This document shows positions 37,234 through 45,640 of a stretch of DNA of 64,000 nucleotides, piece after piece. The DNA comes from a virus. The stretch lies in IMG/VR virus record IMGVR_UViG_3300045988_180412, positions 1,841 through 65,840 of that record; one strand, given 5' to 3'. Below the pieces are notes generated by a model, which saw only the letters and a list, made by a program, of their open reading frames with translations, was not told the origin of the DNA and made no database searches. Both the position numbers and the translations under genes were made by a program. How positions within the stretch are numbered: position 1 is the first letter of the stretch; every line of letters starts with the position of its first letter.

Positions 37234-37795
37234 TTTCTCCTCCCGTTTTATCGGTTATTATCCCATCTTCCGCCATGATGTCTTTCATCTCTTTGCGTGA
37301 ACGCTCTCGCGCCCGACGAGCCGAGCGCTTCCCTTTGGCTATCGCCGCACCGCGCTCTACCGCTTCTTCCATTAACGCCTGCGAACCTGCCTCATCGGCC
37401 TCTGTAACGCTTTCGGCGGCTTCCTCAGCGTGCTTCATCGTCCGCTTGAAGTATTTGCCCAACGCTCGCTGCAAGTCGTCAGCAAAGCCCTTATCGCACG
37501 TTACGGTACTCAACGTCTGATACATCAACGTCGCAAATCCCTCGATGTAATCCTCGCGCTCTTGACCGGCAGCCGCAAGAAGATATGCGTATGCAGGCAA
37601 TCGCGCATCCAGCTTCATCTCAAAGATGCCGTCATGTCCGCGTATCTCTACTCGCGAACTCGTAAAGTCGCCCTCGCTGTAATAAATCTCGACAATGATT
37701 GCTCCGTTGCCGAAGTCATACCTGAACAGAGGTTTCTCTTTAACACCGCGCCACACTTCATAGGCCTTGCGCATCTTCTTAATACTTATTCCCAT
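37181..37795 (-). CDS. hypothetical protein (204 aa)
   Basis: ATG start. The C-terminus is acidic/basic and low in complexity. Confidence 0.5.
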   Translation of the reverse strand: MGISIKKMRKAYEVWRGVKEKPLFRYDFGNGAIIVEIYYSEGDFTSSRVEIRGHDGIFEMKLDARLPAYAYLLAAAGQEREDYIEGFATLMYQTLSTVTCDKGFADDLQRALGKYFKRTMKHAEEAAESVTEADEAGSQALMEEAVERGAAIAKGKRSARRARERSRKEMKDIMAEDGIITDKTGGESELGEREVDNVAGSGRD

Positions 37796-37858
37796 GTCTC
37801 TCTCTTTTTTAAGTTAATATTAAGTATATCAGTTATAATTCACGTTTTCACAATTCCG

Positions 37859-38776
37859 TTATCCCCATATTTCCAATTCCAATTGCTTGTCTTGCACCGC
37901 TCCCTCATACTGACCCTTCGGCCTCCACAACTTTTCGACACGCCGTAGGCTGTTATTCGTGGCGCTCGCGCTGCATACGACATCCCATTGCGCCACACAC
38001 ACAAACCTATCCTCGGGCATCGCGTACTCGCTTATAAACAGCGGCTGCGTCTGCGCCTCGCACCAGTCGTAAAACGCCTCGTGGTCAAAGCGCACGCCGT
38101 AATCGCCCTTTTGGGTCGAAGTCCGATACGGAATATCGGCATATATTACGCTGCCATCGGGTATCTCCACATCGCGGTAATCACCCACGGAATACGTCAG
38201 CCTTTCCGGACTTTGCAGCCTTTCCAGCCTTTCCAGCCTTTCCAGCCTTTCCAGACTTTCCAGACTTTGCAGCCTTTCCAGCCTTTCCAGACTTTCCAGA
38301 CTTTGATTATCGCCGCGCACTTTCGCTGTCTTTCCCCTAATAAGCGGCACAAGCTGCCGCACTACCTCCCTATAAGCCTGACGGCGCTCGCGCACGCTGT
38401 CAGCCGTCAGCATCATCCAAACAGCTCGCTTATATGGCTCTATCTCGCGCGAGTAAAGATAATCCTGCCCGTTATTCCCGAAGCTCCAACAACTGCGAAC
38501 ATAGGGGTCGCTGTCTTTAAGCGCAAAGAAGTCCTCGCGACTTATCCAACGCCGCTCATCACGGTACTTCCCCGCAACGGCATCCACAAACAACTGCGGC
38601 ATATCGCTTATATCGTTGATATGGATATGACCCCATTTGCCGCTCAACGCCGCACAATGCGCTATCGCACAACCGCCGCAAAATACATCATACAAATGCT
38701 CGGCACGCGGCAACAACGATACTATACGCTCGGCCAACTTATTCTTACTCCCCATATAGGGCATTCCGTATCGCAT
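37859..38776 (-). CDS. D12-class N6-adenine DNA methyltransferase (Dam-like) with internal tripeptide repeat
   Basis: N-terminal MPYMGSKNKL, motif I DVFCGGCA and a DPPY-like ADIPY are present. The LER/LES/LQS repeat lies between them. Confidence 0.8.
   Translation of the reverse strand: MRYGMPYMGSKNKLAERIVSLLPRAEHLYDVFCGGCAIAHCAALSGKWGHIHINDISDMPQLFVDAVAGKYRDERRWISREDFFALKDSDPYVRSCWSFGNNGQDYLYSREIEPYKRAVWMMLTADSVRERRQAYREVVRQLVPLIRGKTAKVRGDNQSLESLERLERLQSLESLERLERLERLERLQSPERLTYSVGDYRDVEIPDGSVIYADIPYRTSTQKGDYGVRFDHEAFYDWCEAQTQPLFISEYAMPEDRFVCVAQWDVVCSASATNNSLRRVEKLWRPKGQYEGAVQDKQLELEIWG
38200..38307. repeat. 12 tandem 9-bp units (GCCTTTCCA / GACTTTCCA / GACTTTGCA)
   Basis: Direct reading. 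The array is in frame within the Dam gene and encodes (L-E/Q-R/S)n. Confidence 0.9.
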
Positions 38777-38779
38777 TTC

Positions 38780-39061
38780 CTAATTCAATATTTCCGCCGC
38801 CTCTTTACCTCCGTTCATTAGCTTATACATCGCCGCTGATTTTAACAACACCCGACCGAAGTTCTTGCTTCGGCAAGCCGTTGTATACAGCATATCACTT
38901 ATAACATCGCTACTGCCGACAGCCGCGCAACCAAGCATATCTCCATCGGTCGCTAAGATAAGCGCTCCCTCGGATTTTTTCGCATCGGCCAAGTCTAAAT
39001 TCTTAATCATACGGTATACTTCCGCCACCGTCATCTTAGTCTTTTTATTATTTTCTTCCAT
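38780..39061 (-). CDS. hypothetical protein (93 aa)
   Basis: ATG start in a packed gene string. Confidence 0.5.
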   Translation of the reverse strand: MEENNKKTKMTVAEVYRMIKNLDLADAKKSEGALILATDGDMLGCAAVGSSDVISDMLYTTACRSKNFGRVLLKSAAMYKLMNGGKEAAEILN

Positions 39062-39081
39062 ATATCCCTAATTTCTAATAC

Positions 39082-40488
39082 CTAATCCCTAATCCCCAAC
39101 AAAAACTGCATCCCGCCACGCGACCGCCGCTGCTCTACTCCGAGGTTCCTTAGCAACGAGGAAATCTCTCGCGCACCAAGCACTTCTTCCCCCGTATCTT
39201 CACAATAACGCATATAGTCGGCATACACCTCTTTAAGCGGTATCCAAACACCGGTTTCTTCACTCGCAGTGGTATAGCGACAATCACGCCACCACCGCCG
39301 CTGTGGATTGCTGTCATCTCGCATATCTTCCATCGCTCGCTTGACTTCATCCCCTAAATCAATGTTCCCCCCGTTGGACATCACTCTCTTATAACCTGCA
39401 TATATCCAGTTAAATATGGCCTGCCGCGACTCGGTCTCGGTCAACTTCTTGGTCAAAAACGGGTCTTTATCTTCTTCCGTCCATTGCCTGCGCGTAGTGT
39501 ACACGGGCAACTGTCGCCTGTGGTACCCGTAACTGTCATCGGCACTCTCGGGCAACGCGTTGGTACAACACAACAATGGCGGAGCCGCCACCTGTATCGG
39601 GTCGCCGTAATTCCTGCGCCCCTGAAACATCTCTCCGCTGACAAAACGCTTGAAATCACCCCCGCTGATGTCTTTCTCGTTCAAGTCCCCAACCAAATTG
39701 GCTATCTTGCCGCGCAAGGCCGCTATATTCACACGCGCATCACTATCCTTGAACAATTGACGCGGCGTAAACCGCGAAAAATACCGCGCACCGAAAACAC
39801 CCTCGATAGCACCGGCCAAAACACTCTTGCCGTTTGACCCCGGACCAACTAAGTAACACACATACTCGATACGCACATCATCGCGGTTTATCAACAACGA
39901 ACCGCAAAACAACTGAAAAGCATCCCGAAAGTCCTTGTCGGGTATTATCTCTTTAATCTTTCGCTCCCAAAGCAACGACACAGCACGCGGATTATACTCG
40001 ATGTCTAAAACCACATCACTCACATAGCGCCGCGAAAAGTCTTTCAACTTGCCTTCCTTCACGTCAAATACGCCATTCGTAAATATCAAATAACGCCTGT
40101 CCGGCCTATACGCAAATTCACTCATCGACGATACGGACTCAACACACGCCCTCGCTACATCCTTCGGCGCATAACAACAATACACCGCGCGTACCTTCAA
40201 CATCACCATCGCCCGGCGAAACACCTCCGAAAAAAACGGAACGGCACTCCCGACATCCTCAAAATACCTGCCGTTAAACACATAGGCTTGACCCGAGTCC
40301 CCGAAGTATACCAACGGCTGCTTAACATCCCGCATCACAGACCCGAAAGCATCAGCCAACCGAGCAACCTTCGACTTATTCACAAAACTATCCTTACCCC
40401 CGAAATAGGGACAGATAACATCTCGCAATTCCCCCGCAAAATGCGAAGCAACATAATCATATACTACCGAACTTACCATCTTAAACAA
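39082..40488 (-). CDS. P4/D5-family primase-helicase (NTPase)
   Basis: Walker A GPGSNGKS is followed by a D5-type helicase region. The ORF track starts at TTG 40488; the first ATG is at 40479. Confidence 0.8.
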   Translation of the reverse strand: MFKMVSSVVYDYVASHFAGELRDVICPYFGGKDSFVNKSKVARLADAFGSVMRDVKQPLVYFGDSGQAYVFNGRYFEDVGSAVPFFSEVFRRAMVMLKVRAVYCCYAPKDVARACVESVSSMSEFAYRPDRRYLIFTNGVFDVKEGKLKDFSRRYVSDVVLDIEYNPRAVSLLWERKIKEIIPDKDFRDAFQLFCGSLLINRDDVRIEYVCYLVGPGSNGKSVLAGAIEGVFGARYFSRFTPRQLFKDSDARVNIAALRGKIANLVGDLNEKDISGGDFKRFVSGEMFQGRRNYGDPIQVAAPPLLCCTNALPESADDSYGYHRRQLPVYTTRRQWTEEDKDPFLTKKLTETESRQAIFNWIYAGYKRVMSNGGNIDLGDEVKRAMEDMRDDSNPQRRWWRDCRYTTASEETGVWIPLKEVYADYMRYCEDTGEEVLGAREISSLLRNLGVEQRRSRGGMQFLLGIRD

Positions 40489-40519
40489 CTTAACTTACCC
40501 ACTTAACTTACCATCTTAA

Positions 40520-40675
40520 TCAACTTACCAATCGCAAATCATCAAGAGAACAAATTTGAATTAGTTTAATAATTATATCTCTTTGAGGTTCAACCGGGTA
40601 CGATGAAAATACCTTCCCGTTAACTTCCATAATATCTGTTTTCAGGTCATTACACGGATTAGCCTTGTATTTCAT
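40520..40675 (-). CDS. possible small ORF (51 aa)
   Basis: Hand-translated as MKYKANPCNDLKTD...LDDLRLVS. Below the ORF-track size cut-off. Confidence 0.3.
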   Translation of the reverse strand: MKYKANPCNDLKTDIMEVNGKVFSSYPVEPQRDIIIKLIQICSLDDLRLVS

Positions 40676-40711
40676 ATCGTTTTTTAATAAACATAAACAC
40701 TGCTATATTTT

Positions 40712-41092
40712 TTATTCGTCGTCTCTCAATATTTTAATAGATTTAGCACATATGTCATGATGTAATCCTTTATAGTATTTGGTGCCCTTTGGAATAATGG
40801 CTTGAAATACTTTATATTCTTTACTATAACCATACCATCTATTTACTCCTTCAGCTTCTTTGAGAGCAACTCTTTCATCAACAAAGGCATGGAAAAAACC
40901 TGCTCCAATCATTTTATGGCCTTCTTCACACTCCGTAATCATTTCGGGTTCCTGGTCTGTATAGAGTTTATCAAATTCAAAAAAGAACCATTCAGAAGGT
41001 GATTTAATGCCATTCAAGGCTACTTTCCCTACTTTATAACACATTATATCTGAGTCGGCTGTATAAATGCCCTGTTCTGAAAAAAGACACAT
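40712..41092 (-). CDS. hypothetical protein (126 aa), low-GC island
   Basis: ATG start. The stop of the upstream ORF is 2 nt away. Confidence 0.5.
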   Translation of the reverse strand: MCLFSEQGIYTADSDIMCYKVGKVALNGIKSPSEWFFFEFDKLYTDQEPEMITECEEGHKMIGAGFFHAFVDERVALKEAEGVNRWYGYSKEYKVFQAIIPKGTKYYKGLHHDICAKSIKILRDDE

Positions 41093-41093
41093 A

Positions 41094-41579
41094 TTAATTA
41101 TTTATTTTATATTTATAAGAGAAGCCTTTTGGAGTATAATCATCATAATTCTCAGAAGGATAAATTCCTTCAAAAAGCCGTTTACCTCTTTTATATAGAC
41201 TTCCATCAATATCCAATGTACCCGATTGCCAACAGGATTGAATACCCATAGAGAGCCATTCACCATATGGAGTTCTTGTAAACCATATCATATTCTTATC
41301 ATAGTTTGGTATAGAACAAGCTACAAAGAAATCTGTGGTTTCAGCATAAAGTCCAGAAGTATTCTCATAGTTTTCTTTTAGAATATCCTGTAATGTCTTT
41401 GGCATTAAACAATCATACTCACTATCATAAGTATCTACAAGGTGTTCTTGACTATAAGGAAGTATACCTTCTACCTTAGCTTCATAACATCGAGAAGGCG
41501 TGGTTATTCCATCATCAAAAAAATGATATATTTTCCCAATTTCAGGAAGGTCTTGTTTCATATTTCTTCTCATCATCAA
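41094..41579 (-). CDS. hypothetical protein (161 aa), low-GC island
   Basis: Long ORF despite about 25-30 percent GC. Confidence 0.5.
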   Translation of the reverse strand: MMMRRNMKQDLPEIGKIYHFFDDGITTPSRCYEAKVEGILPYSQEHLVDTYDSEYDCLMPKTLQDILKENYENTSGLYAETTDFFVACSIPNYDKNMIWFTRTPYGEWLSMGIQSCWQSGTLDIDGSLYKRGKRLFEGIYPSENYDDYTPKGFSYKYKINN

Positions 41580-41740
41580 GATTTATTTGTTCATTCATAA
41601 TTCAATTTTCAAAAAATACTCTATATCTATTTTTGAGATTTATTCTCCCTTTTCAATACCACGCATAAACTTATTATCATAGTTAGTTCGGCCAATAACG
41701 CACCTACAATGCATCCTATTATAAACATTAACATAATTAT

Positions 41741-42067
41741 TTATTTTATTTTCTCTATTGCATCCACAACCTCTAACATAAACCCCGCATAAGTCTGAGA
41801 TTGACCTTCATTATACTCTCCCTCATAAAACCATTGAAAGACATGGAAAACCTCATGCCAGAATGTATGAAGTACTTGTATCTCAGAGAAAGCAACTTCC
41901 TTATGATTTGAAAGTGCATATTGAGCAATTTTTATTTCATTATTAACAGGGTCAAATTTACCAAACTCACCATCTAAAATATCTACTATTCTAACTTTAA
42001 TAGTATGTTTAAGAATTGTTATTTCTTTTGGAATTTTCATAATAATTATTTCATTCTTCATTGTCAA
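41741..42067 (-). CDS. small putative HExxH zinc metallopeptidase (108 aa), low-GC island
   Basis: HTFWHEVFHVF contains HEVFH, and Glu residues lie downstream (EGEYNEGQ). Confidence 0.45.
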   Translation of the reverse strand: MTMKNEIIIMKIPKEITILKHTIKVRIVDILDGEFGKFDPVNNEIKIAQYALSNHKEVAFSEIQVLHTFWHEVFHVFQWFYEGEYNEGQSQTYAGFMLEVVDAIEKIK

Positions 42068-42239
42068 TGAACTCTTTTGTTACGTCTTCGCCCAATTCAA
42101 ACACCATAAAATCACAGGCGAAAAATTTGTCCTTAGCGTTCTTTATAATACGAGGAATATCTTCTTTTGAAAGCGCCACACTATAAGTTGGCAAATAATA
42201 GTTACCCTCTGATTCTAAATAAAGAATTACATACTTCAT
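42051..42239 (-). CDS. hypothetical protein (62 aa), paralogue of 42491..42706
   Basis: The C-terminus VFELGEDVTKEFI matches VYELGSKVTDKFI in the other ORF. Confidence 0.45.
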   Translation of the reverse strand: MKYVILYLESEGNYYLPTYSVALSKEDIPRIIKNAKDKFFACDFMVFELGEDVTKEFIDNEE

Positions 42240-42251
42240 ATTTCTAATAGT

Positions 42252-42494
42252 TTATATTGTTAAAGTGTATTCATAAACATCATCACCGCAATCATCACAA
42301 TGACCTATAAATTCAGCATTCCCATTTAATTCAAGGAAATCAATAATCATATTTCGAATGGTTGAATTGTCTCCATATTTGTCAATTAAAGATTTAAATA
42401 TGTCTCTTTGCTCTTGCAAAGTAAAATCTTCAATTTTTTTATTATCAATATCCAGGTTATATGCCATACAACCCTCTGTATAAGTTAGTTTCAT
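42252..42494 (-). CDS. hypothetical protein (80 aa), low-GC island
   Basis: ATG start. Contains HCDDCGD. Confidence 0.45.
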   Translation of the reverse strand: MKLTYTEGCMAYNLDIDNKKIEDFTLQEQRDIFKSLIDKYGDNSTIRNMIIDFLELNGNAEFIGHCDDCGDDVYEYTLTI

Positions 42495-42706
42495 ATAAAT
42501 TTATCTGTTACTTTACTACCAAGTTCATAAACGTTTATATTAACTTTTTCTATATCTTTAGATTGATTGATTTCATCAATAAGCTCTTTTACTTTATCCT
42601 TCGAGTCTTTAACTTTATAAAACGTATTATTATCATCAATTACCCAATATCGATTGAGTGTAGGCGGTCCATACCAACCATAATTAACCTTCATTATATA
42701 ACCCAT
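42491..42706 (-). CDS. hypothetical protein (71 aa), paralogue of 42051..42239
   Basis: Shares the C-terminal motif. ATGA overlap downstream. Confidence 0.45.
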   Translation of the reverse strand: MGYIMKVNYGWYGPPTLNRYWVIDDNNTFYKVKDSKDKVKELIDEINQSKDIEKVNINVYELGSKVTDKFI

Positions 42707-42718
42707 CTTATAAACTAT

Positions 42719-43039
42719 TTATTTCTTTTTCCAAAAATCTTCTGTGATTTCCGATAAAATCTGAGGATCTTTAAGTAAAGGCTCCCCATCATTACCTCTC
42801 CCTATTTCTTCACCCGATAAAATGTATACAGATCTTTTTTCTGCAATAAGGCCATATAGTGTATGAAGCACCTCACGTGTCATCGGCTTAGGAAATATAA
42901 CGTGCCATCCATCAGTCATTAAAACAGCATCATACACAGACACACCAAGTTCTTGACCTATGATTTCATCTCTTAACCAGATGTTTGATAGTCCTGATGT
43001 CGGAATATCACCAAAACGCAAGTAATATTTCATAGTCAC
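42719..43039 (-). CDS. hypothetical protein (106 aa), first clear gene of the low-GC island
   Basis: ATG start. Confidence 0.5.
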   Translation of the reverse strand: MTMKYYLRFGDIPTSGLSNIWLRDEIIGQELGVSVYDAVLMTDGWHVIFPKPMTREVLHTLYGLIAEKRSVYILSGEEIGRGNDGEPLLKDPQILSEITEDFWKKK

Positions 43040-43088
43040 TTATTACTCTAAAACCCCTTTCTCCAATAAACAAACTACTCAACCAACT

Positions 43089-43283
43089 TCATCTCCAACT
43101 CCCCCTCTCCCCCCACAAAAGAAGAAGAAAAACCACGCCGACAAAAAAAACCAAACCACTCAGCCATACCCCAATCAATCTAAACTCGTTCAACACTTTC
43201 AGATCAATCAAAACCACGCTCAAACCACAAATCAACCAATTTAACCAATCAGCTCCATAAATAATCCGGATTAAAGCAAACAT
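43089..43283 (-). CDS. possible small membrane protein (64 aa) inside the G-depleted tract
   Basis: Hydrophobic Gly/Val/Leu/Trp/Phe-rich ORF. This composition may simply reflect the G/T-rich minus strand. Confidence 0.3.
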   Translation of the reverse strand: MFALIRIIYGADWLNWLICGLSVVLIDLKVLNEFRLIGVWLSGLVFFVGVVFLLLLWGERGSWR

Positions 43284-43472
43284 AACTCGTCAAGATTAAA
43301 ACCAATCAAGATATTCCAATCAAAATAAACCCGTCAGCCACGCAAACAACCAACACGGCTCTGACAAAATTAATAATCAAAAACCAATCACCAAATATCC
43401 AAACATCCAAATTTTCTAAATTTAATCCTTTATTTATATTTATAATACTATAATACTATAATATATACTATA

Positions 43473-43492
43473 CTAACTATGTATATAGTTAG
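43473..43492. repeat. perfect palindrome CTAACTAT-GTAT-ATAGTTAG
   Basis: Direct reading. Lies next to TATAATAC direct repeats at 43441-43470. Confidence 0.8.
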
Positions 43493-43500
43493 GATAGTTT

Positions 43501-43535
43501 CTCGCCTTTTCCTTAAAAATTTTTTTTAAGGCGAG
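43501..43535. repeat. AT-rich hairpin (CTCGCCTT ... AAGGCGAG with inner CCTTAAAAA/TTTTTAAGG)
   Basis: Direct reading. Confidence 0.7.
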
Positions 43536-43894
43536 AACTTTTCCCCGAAAAATAATACACTCATACATATTCACTAAATAATATATTACTAACCAAATAG
43601 TTATATGTGTGTAGATTGGTGTGTATGTCTCCCCAATTTACCCCCTTTCGTGTACATAAAATCACCTTTTTACCCCAAATTTACCCGATTTTTTATCCCA
43701 AAAATACCCCCTTTTCACCAAAAATCAACCACCATCCCCAAAACACCAAAATAACCTCCCACAACAACACCCTCAACAACCCCAAATAATCCCATATTAT
43801 CACAATCCCCATAGAACTTCTCTAACTACATTATCTGTCTTATCTAAATTTGGTTTACTCAAAAGTCAACCTGTTTTAGGACGACACAATCACC

Positions 43895-43984
43895 CATACA
43901 CAACTAAACCATACACAACTAAACCATACACAACTAAACTAAACTAAACCAAACTAAACTAAACCAAACTAAACTAAACCAAAC
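43895..43984. repeat. two adjacent 15-bp tandem arrays (CATACACAACTAAAC x3, then TAAACTAAACCAAAC x3)
   Basis: Exact copies start at 43895, 43910 and 43925, and at 43940, 43955 and 43970. Confidence 0.95.
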
Positions 43985-43997
43985 TAAACACTCATCT

Positions 43998-44032
43998 CAC
44001 AATCCACAATCCACAATCCACAATCCACAATC
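43998..44032. repeat. five contiguous heptads CACAATC
   Basis: Exact copies start at 43998, 44005, 44012, 44019 and 44026. Confidence 0.95.
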
Positions 44033-44395
44033 CCTTTATAATCCCTGTCTCTAACTTCTGACCGCTCTTAAATCATACTCTTTTCTGCTCTTTTCTATTC
44101 TTTTGCTCTATTCTACTTTCTCCACTCTACCTCTCTTTTACCCTATTTTCAAAGCACTTTAATCGCGCATAACTTGCTGATGAGCAATCATAACTTTCTG
44201 ATAATCAGTTGTAACGCATTGACAATCAATTGGTTATACCCAAATTTTAATAAAAAAATTTAGAATGGACGCACCTCCAAACCCCAAAAAAATCGGCTTT
44301 TTGACCCCCCGCACCCCTATATTTTTTTTGTAATTCATGATAATCAATGTGTTTGGGCTAATGTATCGTTCGCCACTCCACTCCGAACCGTATTT

Positions 44396-44430
44396 GTAAC
44401 TGTCTGAAAATCAGGCAGTTACGTGTTTTT
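44396..44430 (+). terminator. strong hairpin plus T-run inside the control region
   Basis: 12-bp stem GTAACTGTCTGA-AAA-TCAGGCAGTTAC (44396-44422) followed by GTGTTTTT. Confidence 0.5.
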
Positions 44431-44658
44431 GCGTGTTTTTTACGCATTAATCATTTCCCGGCCGTCCCCACATCCTCCAAATTTACATAATCGTGGATTA
44501 TAAGCCGGTTTGCGATTATCGTTTGCGTTTATTTTGAAATATGCTTATTAAAATCAAGCGTGATTATCTGTTTAGATCCGGAACGTTTTACGATTTAGCA
44601 TGATTTGCATTTGCTAAAATCAAGTTTGCGCCGTTGTTGTTTTTGCGTGAAAGATACG

Positions 44659-44666
44659 CAAAGTTA
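44659..44666 (-). promoter_or_regulatory. -7 box TAACTTTG (minus strand), candidate leftward early promoter
   Basis: Matches TAnnTTTG. Embedded in the TTTGCGT/ACGCAAA repeats. Confidence 0.4.
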
Positions 44667-44855
44667 TTGAGAGTTGTTTAGTGGATTAATTATGTGTAAA
44701 ATTTACGCAAAGCGTTGATATTGCCGGGTTGTGTATTTTTGTGTGTGTTATACGCAAAATTTGGCTGTCTATGTCTGTTTTTGTCTATTAGTTAAATAAT
44801 GTGAAATTGCCCGAAAATAATTGCTTAAATGCTTGACTTAATGAAAAATAGTCCG

Positions 44856-44863
44856 TACCTTTG
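44856..44863 (+). promoter_or_regulatory. -7 box TACCTTTG, candidate rightward promoter
   Basis: Matches TAnnTTTG, 59 nt upstream of the ATG at 44922. Confidence 0.45.
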
Positions 44864-44921
44864 CATGTAGAAAAGGGGACGAAATAAGCCCTATATATAA
44901 CACTTAAAAAATCAAATCAAA

Positions 44922-45230
44922 ATGCGAAAAATCGAATCTGAAATGTATGCAGCCTTTAATGCCGGCTACAACTGGGCAAAAAGCAATACACGCGTTGAGG
45001 TCTCAACCTCCGACGACGAGAAGCGCGTGCGCTGCTTTCTTTTCGGCAATATCATAGCCGAAAAAATCATAAACAAAAGCGTGTACATTAAGCGGTTTTT
45101 TACAAGTGGGTACAATACCGCAACCACTTGCAACCGCTTGAACGCCCTCGGTGCGAATGTCAGCCGCAAAGGCGGATATATCCACTATGCCGACGGCACC
45201 CCCGTGCAAGCGCATTATACCGCACAATAA
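44922..45230 (+). CDS. hypothetical protein (102 aa)
   Basis: ATG start. First gene after the rightward promoter. Confidence 0.6.
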   Translation: MRKIESEMYAAFNAGYNWAKSNTRVEVSTSDDEKRVRCFLFGNIIAEKIINKSVYIKRFFTSGYNTATTCNRLNALGANVSRKGGYIHYADGTPVQAHYTAQ

Positions 45231-45344
45231 AACAAAAAAAACGCCCCGGCGCTAACTTCACAGCCGGCGCCGGGGCTAACTTAAAAAATCAAATCACTGC
45301 AAAGGTACGATATTTCGGCCTTTGCGCAAAATCAAAAAATCACA

Positions 45345-45584
45345 ATGAAAGTCACACTAAACAAAAAGACCTCCGGGGGGTATTTCCCCGAAACGGTCAA
45401 CGTTGAGTCGATTACTTGGGGGTTTGCCTCAAAAACCGCAACGCTACATATTGCCCCCGAGGAGTTTACGGAAAAATTTCAAGCGGTTGCCTTTGCCCAA
45501 ATGTATGGTACCCGTATTTCCTTTGCGGCAACAATAGATATAGAAGTAAATAGCGAATATATATCCGACATATATTTCAGCTAA
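45345..45584 (+). CDS. hypothetical protein (79 aa)
   Basis: ATG start. Confidence 0.5.
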   Translation: MKVTLNKKTSGGYFPETVNVESITWGFASKTATLHIAPEEFTEKFQAVAFAQMYGTRISFAATIDIEVNSEYISDIYFS

Positions 45585-45594
45585 TCCGAATAAT

Positions 45595-45640
45595 CACCCG
45601 GCCGGTGCTTTTGGCGTGTTCGACTCGCGCCCGGGGTGCA
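45595..45640 (+). ncRNA. tRNA-like minihelix (terminal helix plus T-arm)
   Basis: Reads CACCCGG ... GCGTG-TTCGACT-CGCGC-CCGGGGTG-CA. Confidence 0.4.

Noticed and set aside
37988-38821. 277-aa plus-strand ORF with PFQ repeats
   Set aside because: It is antisense to the Dam-type methyltransferase, which has clear catalytic motifs. The repeat peptide is just the 9-bp array read on the other strand.
43607-43789. 60-aa plus-strand ORF in the G-depleted tract
   Set aside because: The Pro/Thr/Asn/Lys-rich low-complexity product follows directly from the C/A-rich composition. It has no start context.
43895-44032. Possible CRISPR array
   Set aside because: The repeats are contiguous with no spacers, the units are only 7-15 bp, and no cas genes are present.
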